DNA of 64,000 bases from an uncultured Actinoplanes sp. (GCA_964236515.1 CAXSDA010000014.1:76828-140827), one strand, 5' to 3'. Shown: positions 34,672-44,407, numbered from the stretch's first letter. The notes: generated by a model from the sequence alone, not told the origin. Numbers and translations: made by a program.

Positions 34672-35468
34672 GCCCGCCTGATTCAGCGCGCAATTGCGGA
34701 GAGAGCCCGCGCTTGCTGAGACAATGCCGGGCGGTGCATTGCGGGGCCCGGCAACATCAAGCTAGTAATGCCTCTCGGACCTGCCAACCCCTAGTGCCCG
34801 CGCAGGTCCCCTAAGGCAGGCCCGGTGCCCGATTGCCCTGGAGCACTGTCAATCCACCGTGTTTGCCATGAAGGAAGGAGCGGTTGGTTCGGGCCAAACC
34901 ATAGGTGAACCGCCGGCGTCGGGCACATGGCCGAGGACGCGGTGAGAGCGGGTATCGGAGGGGCAGACCCCGCACTTCGGTAGATTGAGAGCCGTCGATA
35001 TAGCGCGTGGCCTGGGGCCAGCCAGTTAATCAATCCGGGCATCACAGCGCCACTCCGCACCCCGGTACCTGATGTGAACGCCGGACCGTCGGCCCAAATC
35101 ATACGTTAACCCAATGGTCAACCCCTATCCCGCCCCTGGAAACGAACCCTCGGGTTGCCCGTTCAACGATCGGCCGGGAAAGAATAAGGGAGCTTGAGAA
35201 TCGAGGATCGCGACCTCGCCTACCGGGCAGAGGGGTTCTAAATCGCGCGAATCAGACGCGTAACGCTACCAAGCCCCCTAAATACCCACCACGGTGATCA
35301 CGTAGTCGCTGGAGTGAGATTGTTCGTACCCGGCGCTGCTCAACGACTAGGAAGACTCTGGCGCACGAACGGGCACCGTCGCCGCTACGACTGTCGCAGC
35401 AAAGGGGCCGCCGCTAAATTGCGATGTGATGACGAGCTCCTGATAGGGGTCGGCCGAGACGACCCGTA

Positions 35469-38285
35469 GTGGATGTCGACCTGGAAAAGAAGGAAAGCAT
35501 GTCGCTTGTGGGACGCGACGGAGAGTTGAGGCGGCTGCAGGCCGGATTCGACGAGAGCGCCCGGGGCAATGGGCGGATCCTGCTGATCGGCGGACCGGTC
35601 GCGATCGGAAAGACCGGGCTTCTCGAGGCCTTCGCCGGGCGGGCGCGGTCGGCCGGCGCCACGGTGGCCAGCGCCTCCGGGTCGAGCAACGAGCGTAATC
35701 TTTCGCTGAGCGTCATCGGGCAGCTCTTCGCCAGCGCCGGCGTGCCGTCGAACGTCGTCAACGGCGTGATGGACATAGGGCAATGCTTGGCCGACGTCGA
35801 ACCGGGGTCGTCCACCACCGAACGGACCCTGGTCACCCTGCTGCAGGCGGTCGCCGCCGCCCTGCTGGCCCTGGCCGTTAAACAGCCCCTGGTGATCGCG
35901 GTCGATGACATCGACGTCAGCGACGATCTCTCCCTGCGGGCCATCCTGTACCTGGTTCGCCGCATCCGGTCCGCCAACGTCCTGGTGCTGCTCACCCAGC
36001 TCGCGTCCCCCCAGCCGACCCGACCGAACTACTACGCCGAGCTGATGCGACAGCCGCACTGCAGCAGCCTCACGCTCGCGCCACTCTCCCGCCAGGACAC
36101 CGTCGCATTGCTCAGCCGGGACCTGGGCCCCGTCCGCGCAGCCCGGATCGGAGCGGAGTGTTACGACGTGACGGGCGGCAACCCGATGCTGATCCGGGCG
36201 CTTGGGACCGATCAGCCGGCACCGGCCGACGATGCGTCCATCGCGCGCGAGGATCGGCTGGTCGTCGGAAACACGTTCGAACGGGCCATCATCAGCTGCC
36301 TATATCGATCACCCCCCGGATACCGCGAGGTAGCCCACGCGATCGCCATGCTGGACAACTGGACCTCGCCGGCTTTGATCAGCCGGCTGTCGGGCATGGA
36401 CACGGCGGCGGTCGACCGGGCCCTGGCCGGTTTGCGCAGCGGCGGGCTGCTTTATTCGCAACGTCTGCGTCACCACGTGGCCCGGCATGCCATCCTGGCC
36501 GACATTCCCGGCCCAGCGGTCTCGCAGCTGCACCGGCGGGCGGCCGAACTTCTGCACATGGACGCCGCGACGCCGATGGCGATCGCGGAGCACCTGCTGC
36601 AGAGCGACGACGTCGCGCCGCCCTGGGCCGCGGCCACGCTGCGCCTCGCGGCGGACAACGCACTCGACTCCGGTGAGGCCGTGTTCTCCGCGGACTGCCT
36701 ACGGGCGGCGTACGAATGCAGCCTCGACGACAGCGAGCGCGCCCAGGTCCGAGCTGCGGTCGTCCGGGCTCAGTGGCGCGAGGATCCGGCCCTGGCCCTG
36801 CGCTACTTCGACGAGCTCAATGTCGCCATCCGGCGCGGGTACCTGACCGGCCGCGACGCTCTCATGCAGATCTGCCGTATGCTCTGGTACGGCCAGACCG
36901 ACGAGGCTCTGCTGGCCATCGAACGGTTCGGCCGGGCGAGTGACTTCACCTCCGCCGAACTGGTCGCCGATCTGCGCTTCACCCGGGCCTGGGTAAAGTC
37001 CGTGTACCCCGGGCTGCCGATCGAGCAGCAGTTTTCGTCGATGATCGACGCGGCGGCGCCGCTGAGTGCCACGGCTGTGCCCGAACTGAAAGCCGCGGAT
37101 GTGCTCAGCGCCGTACTTGACCGCGGCGTCGACGAGGGCGCCGTGGTGATCATGGAACAGGTACTCAAGCGGACTGTACTGGACGACTACACCCTGATGC
37201 TGCTGACGACCGGGGTCGGCAGCCTGCTGCACGCCGACCGGCTCGAGGAGGCGGCGAGTTGGTGCGACCGGCTCGGTCAGCAGGCCCGGACCCGCCGGGC
37301 GCCGACCTGGCAGGCGATCGTGATGGCCCTCAGGGCCACGGTCTCGCTGCGTGCGGGCGACCTGGAGATCGCCGCCGAGGGTTGCCGCCGGGCCTTCGAC
37401 CTGCTCGAGCCGGACGGCTGGGGGGTGGCCATCGGACTGCCGTTGTCGACCCTGTTGCAGGCAGCGACGTCGAGCGGTGATCTGAGCGCCGCCGCCCGCT
37501 GGCTCGACCAGCCGATCCCGGAGTCCATGTTCCAGAGCACCTTCGGGCTCGCCTACCTACATGCCCGGGGCAGCTACTATCTCGGGACCGGCCGGCCGAA
37601 AGCCGCGCTATCCGACTTCTACGCCTGCGGCAATCTGATGGTGAGCTGGGGAATAGACACCCCCGCCTACGTACCCTGGCGGGCGGAGGCGGCCCAGGCG
37701 TGGCTGCTGATCGGCCGGCCCGGGACCGCCCAGGAACTGATCAACGATCAGCTGCACATCCTGGGCGACCAGCCCTCCCGAGCCCGGGGCCTGACCCTCT
37801 GGCTGCAGGCCGCGATCACCGCTGATCGGCAGCATCTGGCGTTGCTCACCGAGGCGGTCAGCATCCTGGCGACGACCGGGGACCGCCTCTCGTACGCCCG
37901 GGCCGTTCACGACCTCGAACGGGCGCAGCGCCAGTTAGGTGATGGCCTCGCCGCCCGGCAGCAGGCCGATGGACGAGCGTGGTCGGTGGCGGCCGAGTTC
38001 AACACCGGGCAGTCACAGCAGATCACACTGCCCCGCGCCGCCCACCCCCCGGGCATGGGAACTTTCCGGCCGACGGGTGTGGCATCCACGCTCAGCGACG
38101 CGGAGCTGCGGGTAGCGACGCAGGCGGCCCGGGGCCGGACAAACCGAGAGATCGCCCAGGCCCTGTTCATCACGGTGAGCACAGTGGAGCAGCACCTGAC
38201 GCGCGTCTACCGCAAGCTGGGCGTCAACCGCCGCGCCGACCTGGCGTTACGGCTACGCACCCCACGCGCCAACCTCGCCAGCTGA
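35469..38285 (+). CDS. LAL family (large ATP-binding LuxR) regulator
   Basis: LVGRDGEL, Walker A GPVAIGKT, Walker B VIAVDD, TGGNP, C-terminal LSDAELRVA..GRTNREIAQALFITVSTVEQHLTRVYRKLGV. Confidence 0.95.
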   Translation: MDVDLEKKESMSLVGRDGELRRLQAGFDESARGNGRILLIGGPVAIGKTGLLEAFAGRARSAGATVASASGSSNERNLSLSVIGQLFASAGVPSNVVNGVMDIGQCLADVEPGSSTTERTLVTLLQAVAAALLALAVKQPLVIAVDDIDVSDDLSLRAILYLVRRIRSANVLVLLTQLASPQPTRPNYYAELMRQPHCSSLTLAPLSRQDTVALLSRDLGPVRAARIGAECYDVTGGNPMLIRALGTDQPAPADDASIAREDRLVVGNTFERAIISCLYRSPPGYREVAHAIAMLDNWTSPALISRLSGMDTAAVDRALAGLRSGGLLYSQRLRHHVARHAILADIPGPAVSQLHRRAAELLHMDAATPMAIAEHLLQSDDVAPPWAAATLRLAADNALDSGEAVFSADCLRAAYECSLDDSERAQVRAAVVRAQWREDPALALRYFDELNVAIRRGYLTGRDALMQICRMLWYGQTDEALLAIERFGRASDFTSAELVADLRFTRAWVKSVYPGLPIEQQFSSMIDAAAPLSATAVPELKAADVLSAVLDRGVDEGAVVIMEQVLKRTVLDDYTLMLLTTGVGSLLHADRLEEAASWCDRLGQQARTRRAPTWQAIVMALRATVSLRAGDLEIAAEGCRRAFDLLEPDGWGVAIGLPLSTLLQAATSSGDLSAAARWLDQPIPESMFQSTFGLAYLHARGSYYLGTGRPKAALSDFYACGNLMVSWGIDTPAYVPWRAEAAQAWLLIGRPGTAQELINDQLHILGDQPSRARGLTLWLQAAITADRQHLALLTEAVSILATTGDRLSYARAVHDLERAQRQLGDGLAARQQADGRAWSVAAEFNTGQSQQITLPRAAHPPGMGTFRPTGVASTLSDAELRVATQAARGRTNREIAQALFITVSTVEQHLTRVYRKLGVNRRADLALRLRTPRANLAS

Positions 38286-38348
38286 TCCCGGTAACGCCGA
38301 CCGCCACCGGTCTTCGGGACCGATGGCGGGCGAGCGTTCGTGCCGGTC

Positions 38349-40793
38349 TCAGTCGTCGGTTCGGAAGTCGGGTGGCGGAAGACGGCGTATGGCCACGGTG
38401 GGGAAGTCCCGCTTGAGCCCGTCCGGCCTCGGGTCGTACTGGTGCGGATCTTCGCCGGCGGCCTCAATCACCGCGGCCGCGTCGAGCCGGGACATGCAAG
38501 GTGTCCTGCGCCCGCACCAGGCGCAGGTGCGATCACCCTTGTCGACGTGACGCTGATAGGCCTCGATCGAGAGGTGATGGGTGATCGATCCACGCAGGCC
38601 GGTGATGGCTTCGTGCATCTTCGCGGGGGGATAGTCCGGCTCGACGACCGGGATCGGCTCGGGGTCGCTCGCCGGCGGATAGAAGGTGCCGGAAGCGAGG
38701 CCGTTCCCGGCGAGGTGGCGCCCGACCGCAGCCGCCGGCCCATCGGGAATCCGGGGTGTGTCAGGGACCGGGGGAAGGTCGGGCTGGGCGGGGGCCTCGA
38801 CCGCCCGGCCGACCAGAGGCTCCGGCTGCTCCCTGGTCTCATCCGCCGTCGAGGCGTCATCGTCGGGCTCCTGCGGGGGCACCCCCAAGGCGTACAGGCG
38901 GGCATAGTGGCCGTGCGCGGCGATCAGCTCGTCATGAGTACCGCGTTCGACAATATTTCCGTTCTGCATGACCAGGATCAGGTCGGCTTCGCGGATGGTG
39001 GACAGCCGGTGGGCGATCACGAAGCTGGTGCGTCCCTCGCTCAGCTGCGCCAGCGCCTGCCGGATATCCAGCTCGGTGCGGGTGTCCACCGAGCTGGTGG
39101 CCTCGTCCAGCAGCAGGATGCGCGGCTCGGCGAGGAAGACCCGCGCCACCGTCACCAGCTGCTGCTGGCCGGTGCTGATGCCGGCCGAGTCGGGCATGAG
39201 TATCGTGTCGTAGCCCTCGGGCAGCGTGTCGACGAACCGGTCGACGCAGGCCGCCCGAGCGGCGGCCTCGATCTCCTCCCGGGAGGCGTCCGGCCGGCCG
39301 TAGGCGATGTTCTCCGCGATGGTTCCCTCGAAGATCCAGCTGTCCTGGCTGACCAGCCCGATCTCGCGGCGCAGGTCGTCGCGGGTCATCCGGGCGATGT
39401 TCACGCCGTCGAGCATGATGCGGCCCATGTCGAGCTCGTAGAAACGCAACAACAGGTTGCCGAGAGTGCTCTTGCCGGCGCCCGACTCGCCGACTACGGC
39501 AACAGTCTGTCCCGGTTCGACGACCAGGTTGAGGTCCTGGATCAACGGCTGGTCCGGGCTGTAGCTGAACGAGACCCGGGAGAACTCGACGCGGCCCTCG
39601 ACAGTCGCCAGGCGCAGCGGCTCGTCCGGGTCCGGTGACTCCTCCTCGACGTCGAGAATCTCGAAGACGCGCTGGGCGGAGACGTAGCCGGACTGAAGCA
39701 CCCCGGCGACGTTGGTGACCTCGGCGAGGGACTGCCCGAATTGACCCGAGTACTGGATGAAGGCCTGGACGTCGCCGACGGAGATCATCCCGCTGCCGAT
39801 GCGCAACGCACCGACGACCGCGACCGCGACGTAGTTGAGGTTCGTGATGAGTCGCGTCCCCGGCTCGATCGAGCTGGCCAGGAACTGAGCCTTGCCCGCG
39901 GCGTGCAGCATCTTGGCGTTGTGACCGTCGAAGTCGCGCTCGACCACCTCACGGGTGCCGAACCCCTTGACCAGCGCGTGCCCGGTGTACATCTCCTCGA
40001 CGTAGCCGTTGAGCGCCCCGGTGGCGGCCCATTGCTGGCCGAAGCGCAATCGGGCCCGTTTGCCGATGCCGTAGGACAGCACCAAGGTCAGCGGGACGCT
40101 GACGAGGACCACGGCCATCAGTAGCGGGGCAATCAGGTACATGACCGCGAGCAGGCCGATGACCGTGAAGATCTGAGTGAGCACGCTGCTGACGGTCTGT
40201 TGCAGCGTTCGCTGGATGTTGTCGATGTCGTTGGTCATCCGGCTCAGGACTTCGCCCTTGCTGATGGTGTCGAAGGCGCTGAGGGGCAGCCGGCTCAGCT
40301 TGTCCTCGAGCCGTTCCCGCAGATCGAAGACCAGCCGCTGAACGACGACGACGATCAGCCGGCCCTGGATAAACAGGCAGAGCACGTTGGCCATGTAGAT
40401 GGCGAGCGCGATCAGCAGCACATGCTCGATGGCGGCGAAGTCGATGCCTCGGCCGGGGATGACATTCAGTTTCTTGACGATCAGGGCGAGATTGTTCTCA
40501 TCCTTTTCTGCCAGGTACTGCAGGGCGACGTCCTGGGTCACCCCGGGAGCCCGGCGACCGACTTCGCGGCCGATCACGCCGGAGACGATGAGGTCGGTTG
40601 CCCGGCCGAGTAGTTTCGGCCCGGCCAGGCTGAGCGCGACGCTGGCCATACCGAACAACAGCGAGAGCGCGACGATGTACCACTGCGGCGTGAGCAGCTG
40701 CATCAGGCGCCCGACGATGCCCGGCGGCTTCTGTGGTTGCCGGGGCAGCGGTGCCGCCGCCTTTTCCGCTTTCGGTGCCGTGGCGACACTCAT
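38349..40793 (-). CDS. ABC exporter subunit (TMD-NBD) with a ~175-aa C-terminal extension
   Basis: GESGAGKST, ISTGQQQ, ILLLDEATSSVD, AHRL; then a Pro/acidic linker and HVDKGDRTCAWCGRRTPC. ATGA-coupled to the upstream subunit. Confidence 0.93.
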   Translation of the reverse strand: MSVATAPKAEKAAAPLPRQPQKPPGIVGRLMQLLTPQWYIVALSLLFGMASVALSLAGPKLLGRATDLIVSGVIGREVGRRAPGVTQDVALQYLAEKDENNLALIVKKLNVIPGRGIDFAAIEHVLLIALAIYMANVLCLFIQGRLIVVVVQRLVFDLRERLEDKLSRLPLSAFDTISKGEVLSRMTNDIDNIQRTLQQTVSSVLTQIFTVIGLLAVMYLIAPLLMAVVLVSVPLTLVLSYGIGKRARLRFGQQWAATGALNGYVEEMYTGHALVKGFGTREVVERDFDGHNAKMLHAAGKAQFLASSIEPGTRLITNLNYVAVAVVGALRIGSGMISVGDVQAFIQYSGQFGQSLAEVTNVAGVLQSGYVSAQRVFEILDVEEESPDPDEPLRLATVEGRVEFSRVSFSYSPDQPLIQDLNLVVEPGQTVAVVGESGAGKSTLGNLLLRFYELDMGRIMLDGVNIARMTRDDLRREIGLVSQDSWIFEGTIAENIAYGRPDASREEIEAAARAACVDRFVDTLPEGYDTILMPDSAGISTGQQQLVTVARVFLAEPRILLLDEATSSVDTRTELDIRQALAQLSEGRTSFVIAHRLSTIREADLILVMQNGNIVERGTHDELIAAHGHYARLYALGVPPQEPDDDASTADETREQPEPLVGRAVEAPAQPDLPPVPDTPRIPDGPAAAVGRHLAGNGLASGTFYPPASDPEPIPVVEPDYPPAKMHEAITGLRGSITHHLSIEAYQRHVDKGDRTCAWCGRRTPCMSRLDAAAVIEAAGEDPHQYDPRPDGLKRDFPTVAIRRLPPPDFRTDD

Positions 40794-42520
40794 AGCACTG
40801 CTCCCGCAAGCTGAGATTCGGCGATGTCCCGGTAAATTTCGCTGTTGGCCCGCAACTCCTCGTGGGTTCCGGAGCCCACGATGCGTCCTTGGTCGAGAAC
40901 GATGATGCGGTCCGCGGCCCGGACCATGGCGACCCGCTGAGCAACCATCACAACCGCCTTCGAGGCCAGGGCCTCGATGAGCGAGGCCTGGACGAGGGCG
41001 GCGGTCTCGGCGTCCAGCGCCGAGAAACAGTCGTCCAGTAGGTAGATGTCGCATTTGCAGAGCAGGGCCCGCGCTATGGCGAGCCGTTGGCGCTGGCCCC
41101 CGGAAAGTTCAAAGCCGCCCTGATCAGTGGGGGTCCGCAGACCCAGTGGCATCGCCTCGACGAACTCGCGGGCATGGACGATGTCCAGGGCCTGCCACAG
41201 TTCCTCTTCGGTGGATTCAGGACTGCCGAAGAGCAGGTTGCTTTCGATGGTTCCGGAGAACAGGTACGGGGTCTGCGGCACCAACGCGACGGTGCGGGGC
41301 AGGACGTCCTCGGCGATCAGGCGGGCGTCGATGCCGTTGATCAGCACTGAGCCGCCGGTCGGGTCGTACAGGCGGATGGCCAGGTTGAGCAGCGTGGACT
41401 TGCCGCTGCCGGTACGGCCGAGCACGCCGAGGACGTCGCCCGGGCCGCAGCCCAGGTCGATGTCGTGCAGAGCCGGCTCGCGGCCGCCGGGGAAGGCGAA
41501 GGTCACCAAGCGCATCTCGAGCAGGCCGTCGGCGGTGATGGCGTCGACCGCCTTGGACGGCACCGGAACGCCGGTCGCAGTGGTCATCACTTCCATGATC
41601 CGGCCGGCCGAGACCCGGGCCCGGGGCACGCTGGCGAAAACGACGATCGCCATCGTGATGGCCATGACGCAGAAGCCCATGTAGCTCAGCAGGGCGGTGA
41701 GCGTGCCGGGTTCCATCTGCTCGGCACCGATACGGCGGGCACCCCAGTAGATGAGTACGACGCTGAAGAGGTTCATCGTCAGGATCACGGCCGGGGGGAT
41801 GGCGATGATCAGCATGCCGACGTGCTTGGACGCGTTGCGCAGCCCGACGTTCTCCGCGTTGAACCGCCGGCGCTCCCGGTCCTCCATGACAAAGGCACGG
41901 ACCACTTGCACGCCGGAAATCTGCTCCCGCAGGATGCGGTTGATCCGGTCCAGGGAGAACTGCATCTTGGCGTACCACGGTCCCATCCGGGCGAGGATGA
42001 GCAGCGCCGAGAAGGTGACCGCGATCATCGCCCCGACCAGCAGGAACGACATCGGGATGTCGAGGTTGGCGGCCAGCACGAAGGCGCCGATGATAGTGAC
42101 CGGGATCGGGATGGTGTTGTTCAGCATCGCCACGGCGAGGGTCTGCACCTGGTCGACGTCGTTGACGCTGCGGGTGACCAGCGATGACGGCCCGAACCGG
42201 CCCACGTCGCGTTCGGAGAAGTCCTGCACGTGACGGAAGAGGTGCGAGCGCAAATCTCGGCCCACCGAGGTGGCCACGCGCGCGGCGATGTAGACGACGC
42301 CGAGCTGCGCCAAGGCCTGGGCCACGGTCAGGCCGATCATGATCGTGCCGATGTGCAGGATGTAGTCGATGTTCCCCTCGACGACCCCTTTGTTGATGAT
42401 GAAGGCGTTGAGAGTAGGTAGCAGCAGGGTACCGATGACCTGCGCCAGGCTCAGGATGGAAAGAAGCACCAGCCGTCCCCGATATGGGCGAAGATTTGTG
42501 AGCAAGAATTTGGTCAGCAC
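40790..42520 (-). CDS. ABC exporter subunit (TMD-NBD) with degenerate catalytic residues
   Basis: GRTGSGKST, LSGGQRQR, Walker B LLDD (no Glu), AQR (no His); GGAGG RBS before GTG 42520; alternative ATG 42562. Confidence 0.93.
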   Translation of the reverse strand: MLTKFLLTNLRPYRGRLVLLSILSLAQVIGTLLLPTLNAFIINKGVVEGNIDYILHIGTIMIGLTVAQALAQLGVVYIAARVATSVGRDLRSHLFRHVQDFSERDVGRFGPSSLVTRSVNDVDQVQTLAVAMLNNTIPIPVTIIGAFVLAANLDIPMSFLLVGAMIAVTFSALLILARMGPWYAKMQFSLDRINRILREQISGVQVVRAFVMEDRERRRFNAENVGLRNASKHVGMLIIAIPPAVILTMNLFSVVLIYWGARRIGAEQMEPGTLTALLSYMGFCVMAITMAIVVFASVPRARVSAGRIMEVMTTATGVPVPSKAVDAITADGLLEMRLVTFAFPGGREPALHDIDLGCGPGDVLGVLGRTGSGKSTLLNLAIRLYDPTGGSVLINGIDARLIAEDVLPRTVALVPQTPYLFSGTIESNLLFGSPESTEEELWQALDIVHAREFVEAMPLGLRTPTDQGGFELSGGQRQRLAIARALLCKCDIYLLDDCFSALDAETAALVQASLIEALASKAVVMVAQRVAMVRAADRIIVLDQGRIVGSGTHEELRANSEIYRDIAESQLAGAVL

Positions 42521-42578
42521 GGGCACACCCTCCGGGAGCCAAGCCGGGAACGTATAACGCATTCGACCATTGAGCCCG

Positions 42579-42627
42579 CTTAGGGCATCCCTAGTCTTCG
42601 ATCCGCTCCGATCGCTGGTTTCCCTAG
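42579..42627. promoter_or_regulatory. Two PAS-LuxR operator-like sites
   Basis: CTTAGGGCATCCCTAG (42579-42594, 12/16) and TCGCTGGTTTCCCTAG (42612-42627, 11/16) in the divergent ABC/gmd gap. Confidence 0.6.
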
Positions 42628-42729
42628 GGCTGCGCCGATTGTCTTGACCGGGATGGCGCCGCGCTGGGAAGGTCCAGATCACCTGACCATTGGCGCGAGC
42701 GGAAACGACACGGCAGAGAGGCGGGCTCG

Positions 42730-43800
42730 ATGTCCAGGCGTGCACTGATAACCGGTATCACCGGACAGGACGGCTCCTACCTCGCGGAGCACCTGCTGAC
42801 TCAGGGATACGAGGTCTGGGGGCTGGTGCGCGGGCAGGCGAATCCGCACAAGTCCCGGATCAGCCGGCTGGTGTCGGCCGTCTCCTTCGTCGAGGGCGAT
42901 CTGATGGATCAGAGCAGCCTGGTTGCGGCGGTGGAACGGGTCCAGCCGGACGAGTTCTACAACCTCGGCGCCATTTCGTTCGTCCCGCTGTCGTGGCGAC
43001 AGCCCGAGCTGGTGACCGAGGTCAACGGCATGGGCGTGCTGCGCTGCCTGGAGGCGATCCGGATGGTGAGCGGGCTCAACGGTTCCGGTCACGTCGGTGG
43101 CCGGCAGATCCGCTTCTACCAGGCCTCGTCGTCGGAGATGTTCGGCAAGGTCGCCCAGACGCCGCAGTGCGAGACGACGATCTTCCACCCGCGCAGCCCC
43201 TACGGGGTGGCCAAGGCGTACGGGCACTTCATCACCAAGAACTTCCGCGAGTCGTTCGGCCTGTACGCGGTCTCCGGGATGCTCTTCAACCACGAGTCAC
43301 CCCGGCGCGGAGCCGAGTTCGTCACCCGCAAGATCTCGATGGCGGTCGCCCGGATCAAGACGGGCACCCAGCAGGAACTGCACCTCGGCAACCTGGACGC
43401 CGTCCGCGACTGGGGTTTCGCCGGCGACTACGTGCGCGCCATGCATCTCATGCTGCGGCGCGACGAAGCCACCGACTACGTCATCGGCACCGGCCGGATG
43501 CACTCGGTCCGCGAGGCCGTCGAGATCGCTTTCGATCATGTCGGACTCGACTGGCGAGATCACGTCAAGGTCGATCCTGCTCTGGTCCGCCCGGCCGAGG
43601 TGGAGACCCTGTGCGCCGACTCGCGGCGCGCCCAGAACGACCTCGGCTGGAAGCCTACGGTGGACTTCCCGGAGCTGATGAGAATGATGGTCGACTCTGA
43701 CCTGCACCACGCCCACCGTCAGCGCGATTACGAGACGTTCCTCGAGACGGCGCCCAGCCGGCCCGACCACGCGGATGTCGGAGTGCTCGCCGCCTGGTAG
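42730..43800 (+). CDS. gmd: GDP-mannose 4,6-dehydratase (NysDIII/PimJ-like)
   Basis: ALITGITGQDGSYLAE, YQASSSEMFG, PRSPYGVAK, LFNHESPRRG, FVTRKI, LGNLDAVRDWG, RPAEV. Confidence 0.97.
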   Translation: MSRRALITGITGQDGSYLAEHLLTQGYEVWGLVRGQANPHKSRISRLVSAVSFVEGDLMDQSSLVAAVERVQPDEFYNLGAISFVPLSWRQPELVTEVNGMGVLRCLEAIRMVSGLNGSGHVGGRQIRFYQASSSEMFGKVAQTPQCETTIFHPRSPYGVAKAYGHFITKNFRESFGLYAVSGMLFNHESPRRGAEFVTRKISMAVARIKTGTQQELHLGNLDAVRDWGFAGDYVRAMHLMLRRDEATDYVIGTGRMHSVREAVEIAFDHVGLDWRDHVKVDPALVRPAEVETLCADSRRAQNDLGWKPTVDFPELMRMMVDSDLHHAHRQRDYETFLETAPSRPDHADVGVLAAW

Positions 43801-43819
43801 AGCGATGACCGGCTGCCCG

Positions 43820-43853
43820 AGGCCACCTTTCCCGTACCGGAGAAAGGTGGCCT
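43820..43853. terminator. Bidirectional terminator hairpin
   Basis: AGGCCACCTTTC-N10-GAAAGGTGGCCT, 12-bp stem between convergent gmd and VOC genes. Confidence 0.75.
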
Positions 43854-43955
43854 TCGCCGTGCCGGTCGGGAGCTGTCCCCGAATTGATCCACAAACAGGT
43901 CGAGAGCTGATCAAGGGTCATTCCCCTGACCAGCTCTCGCCGTGAAACGGGTTTG

Positions 43956-44321
43956 TTAGAGCTCCGACGCCATGTTGATGATGCCGACGTTGTTGCCCTG
44001 CGGGTCCGAGATCTGGGCGTACTCGTGGCCGCCACCGAGGTGCTTCGGCGGCATCAGAACCTTGCCGCCCTGCTCCTCGACCTTGCGCAGGGTCGCCTCG
44101 ACGTCGTCCACCACGACGACGAAGGTGGCGAAGTTCGGAACGTCGCCGCCGGTGGCGAACAGCGCGCCGCTGATGGTGCCGGCCGGCGTGGTGACGACGC
44201 GGAACGGCTTGTCGCCGTCGAGCACGCCCCAGCCGAACAGCTCAGCGTAGAACTTGGCGGTGACGTCGGGCTGGTCCGTGCCGACTGAGAACCAGCCGAC
44301 GCTGTTGGTCTTACCGGGCAT
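43956..44321 (-). CDS. VOC (glyoxalase/bleomycin-resistance) family protein
   Basis: VGWFSV..AKFYAELFGW..VDDVEATLRKVEEQGGKVL..ISDPQGN; GAGGAG RBS. Confidence 0.9.
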   Translation of the reverse strand: MPGKTNSVGWFSVGTDQPDVTAKFYAELFGWGVLDGDKPFRVVTTPAGTISGALFATGGDVPNFATFVVVVDDVEATLRKVEEQGGKVLMPPKHLGGGHEYAQISDPQGNNVGIINMASEL

Positions 44322-44391
44322 GACAGTTCTCCTCGCGTAGTGTGCCGGTCCCCAATTGATCGGCCTTACTGAGGACAGTAGAGGGATCCGG

Positions 44392-44407
44392 CTGGAGCTT
44401 TCCCTAG
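44392..44407. promoter_or_regulatory. PAS-LuxR operator-like site, best match in the window
   Basis: CTGGAGCTTTCCCTAG, 14/16 to CTVGGGAWWTCCCBAG, 70 nt upstream of the VOC start. Confidence 0.65.
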
